The notes below the pieces were generated by a model that did not search any database, was not told where the DNA came from, and saw nothing but the letters and a program-made list of their open reading frames with translations. A stretch of DNA of 63,051 bases, filler included, from Octopus bimaculoides (lineage: Eukaryota): the NCBI RefSeq assembly GCF_001194135.2. It is 4 parts of 4 records of this genome, joined end to end, with 100 filler letters (N's around TTAATTAATTAA, not from the genome) between each part and the next. Parts side by side here need not be neighbours in the genome. Positions count along the whole stretch, not along the records: positions 61,179 to 63,051 come from NW_026307240.1; 3 more parts are not named here. The stretch is one strand, 5' to 3'. Both the position numbers and the translations under genes were made by a program. This document shows, piece after piece, positions 61,868 to 63,051 of this stretch (its first letter is position 1; every line of letters begins with the position of its first letter).

Positions 61868-63051
61868 NNNNNNNNNNNNNNNNNNNNNNNNNNNNNNNNN
61901 NNNNNNNNNNNNNNNNNNNNNNNNNNNNNNNNNNNNNNNNNNNNNNNNNNNNNNNNNNNNNNNNNNNNNNNNNNNNNNNNNNNNNNNNNNNNNNNNNNNN
62001 NNNNNNNNNNNNNNNNNNNNNNNNNNNNNNNNNNNNNNNNNNNNNNNNNNNNNNNNNNNNNNNNNNNNNNNNNNNNNNNNNNNNNNNNNNNNNNNNNNNN
62101 NNNNNNNNNNNNNNNNNNNNNNNNNNNNNNNNNNNNNNNNNNNNNNNNNNNNNNNNNNNNNNNNNNNNNNNNNNNNNNNNNNNNNNNNNNNNNNNNNNNN
62201 NNNNNNNNNNNNNNNNNNNNNNNNNNNNNNNNNNNNNNNNNNNNNNNNNNNNNNNNNNNNNNNNNNNNNNNNNNNNNNNNNNNNNNNNNNNNNNNNNNNN
62301 NNNNNNNNNNNNNNNNNNNNNNNNNNNNNNNNNNNNNNNNNNNNNNNNNNNNNNNNNNNNNNNNNNNNNNNNNNNNNNNNNNNNNNNNNNNNNNNNNNNN
62401 NNNNNNNNNNNNNNNNNNNNNNNNNNNNNNNNNNNNNNNNNNNNNNNNNNNNNNNNNNNNNNNNNNNNNNNNNNNNNNNNNNNNNNNNNNNNNNNNNNNN
62501 NNNNNNNNNNNNNNNNNNNNNNNNNNNNNNNNNNNNNNNNNNNNNNNNNNNNNNNNNNNNNNNNNNNNNNNNNNNNNNNNNNNNNNNNNNNNNNNNNNNN
62601 NNNNNNNNNNNNNNNNNNNNNNNNNNNNNNNNNNNNNNNNNNNNNNNNNNNNNNNNNNNNNNNNNNNNNNNNNNNNNNNNNTATATATACATACACACAC
62701 ACACACATGGCTACATACTGTTATTGACTAATTTCACAGGTCCAGTTTCCCGTCTCAACAGTATAAAGTTTTATATTGGAACCAACTCTACATGGAGTCG
62801 GAAAGACTGGCAACAGTTTGAAGTCGATATTTTCACACACACACACACACACACACAGACACACACACAGATGGTGTGTGTATGTATATATTTGTGAATA
62901 TACATATATGGATATATAGGCTATATTTTTCCTTATATGTATGTGTAGTGTATGTGTACATGTATATAAGTGTGTGTGCATGTTTTTGTGTATACAACTA
63001 CATATATAATGTGTGTGTATGTATATTTATGCAATTTCATAGATACATTAA

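Noticed and set aside
269-62981. Long ORFs rich in YI/HT/CV/SL repeats or X
   Set aside because: Translations of microsatellites and N gaps.

Overview
AT-rich, microsatellite-dense, gapped eukaryotic scaffold. The tRNA-derived SINE families resemble the octopus OK/OR types, so it is most likely Octopus (coleoid) DNA (inference). No intact gene, rRNA, true tRNA or CRISPR array is visible, and nearly all listed ORFs are microsatellite or N-gap artefacts. The window is mainly decayed transposons: SINEs of several families; RTE, CR1, Tx1/L1 and R4/Dong LINE fragments; a full-length cecropia-type mariner with perfect TIRs; Tc1 DD35E, maT-like and second-mariner fragments; and Helitron-like elements. 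One good candidate coding exon lies on the minus strand (30278-30444), with a possible promoter at about 25.3 kb. The most striking unexplained structure is a set of about eight fold-back (long inverted-repeat) elements, many next to (TA)n tracts. Several of these, plus two non-fold-back inserts, carry type I hammerhead ribozyme motifs, two with fully intact catalytic cores. Two also carry GIY-YIG-like remnants. This points to several distinct Penelope-like/retrozyme-type families with a shared ribozyme polarity.
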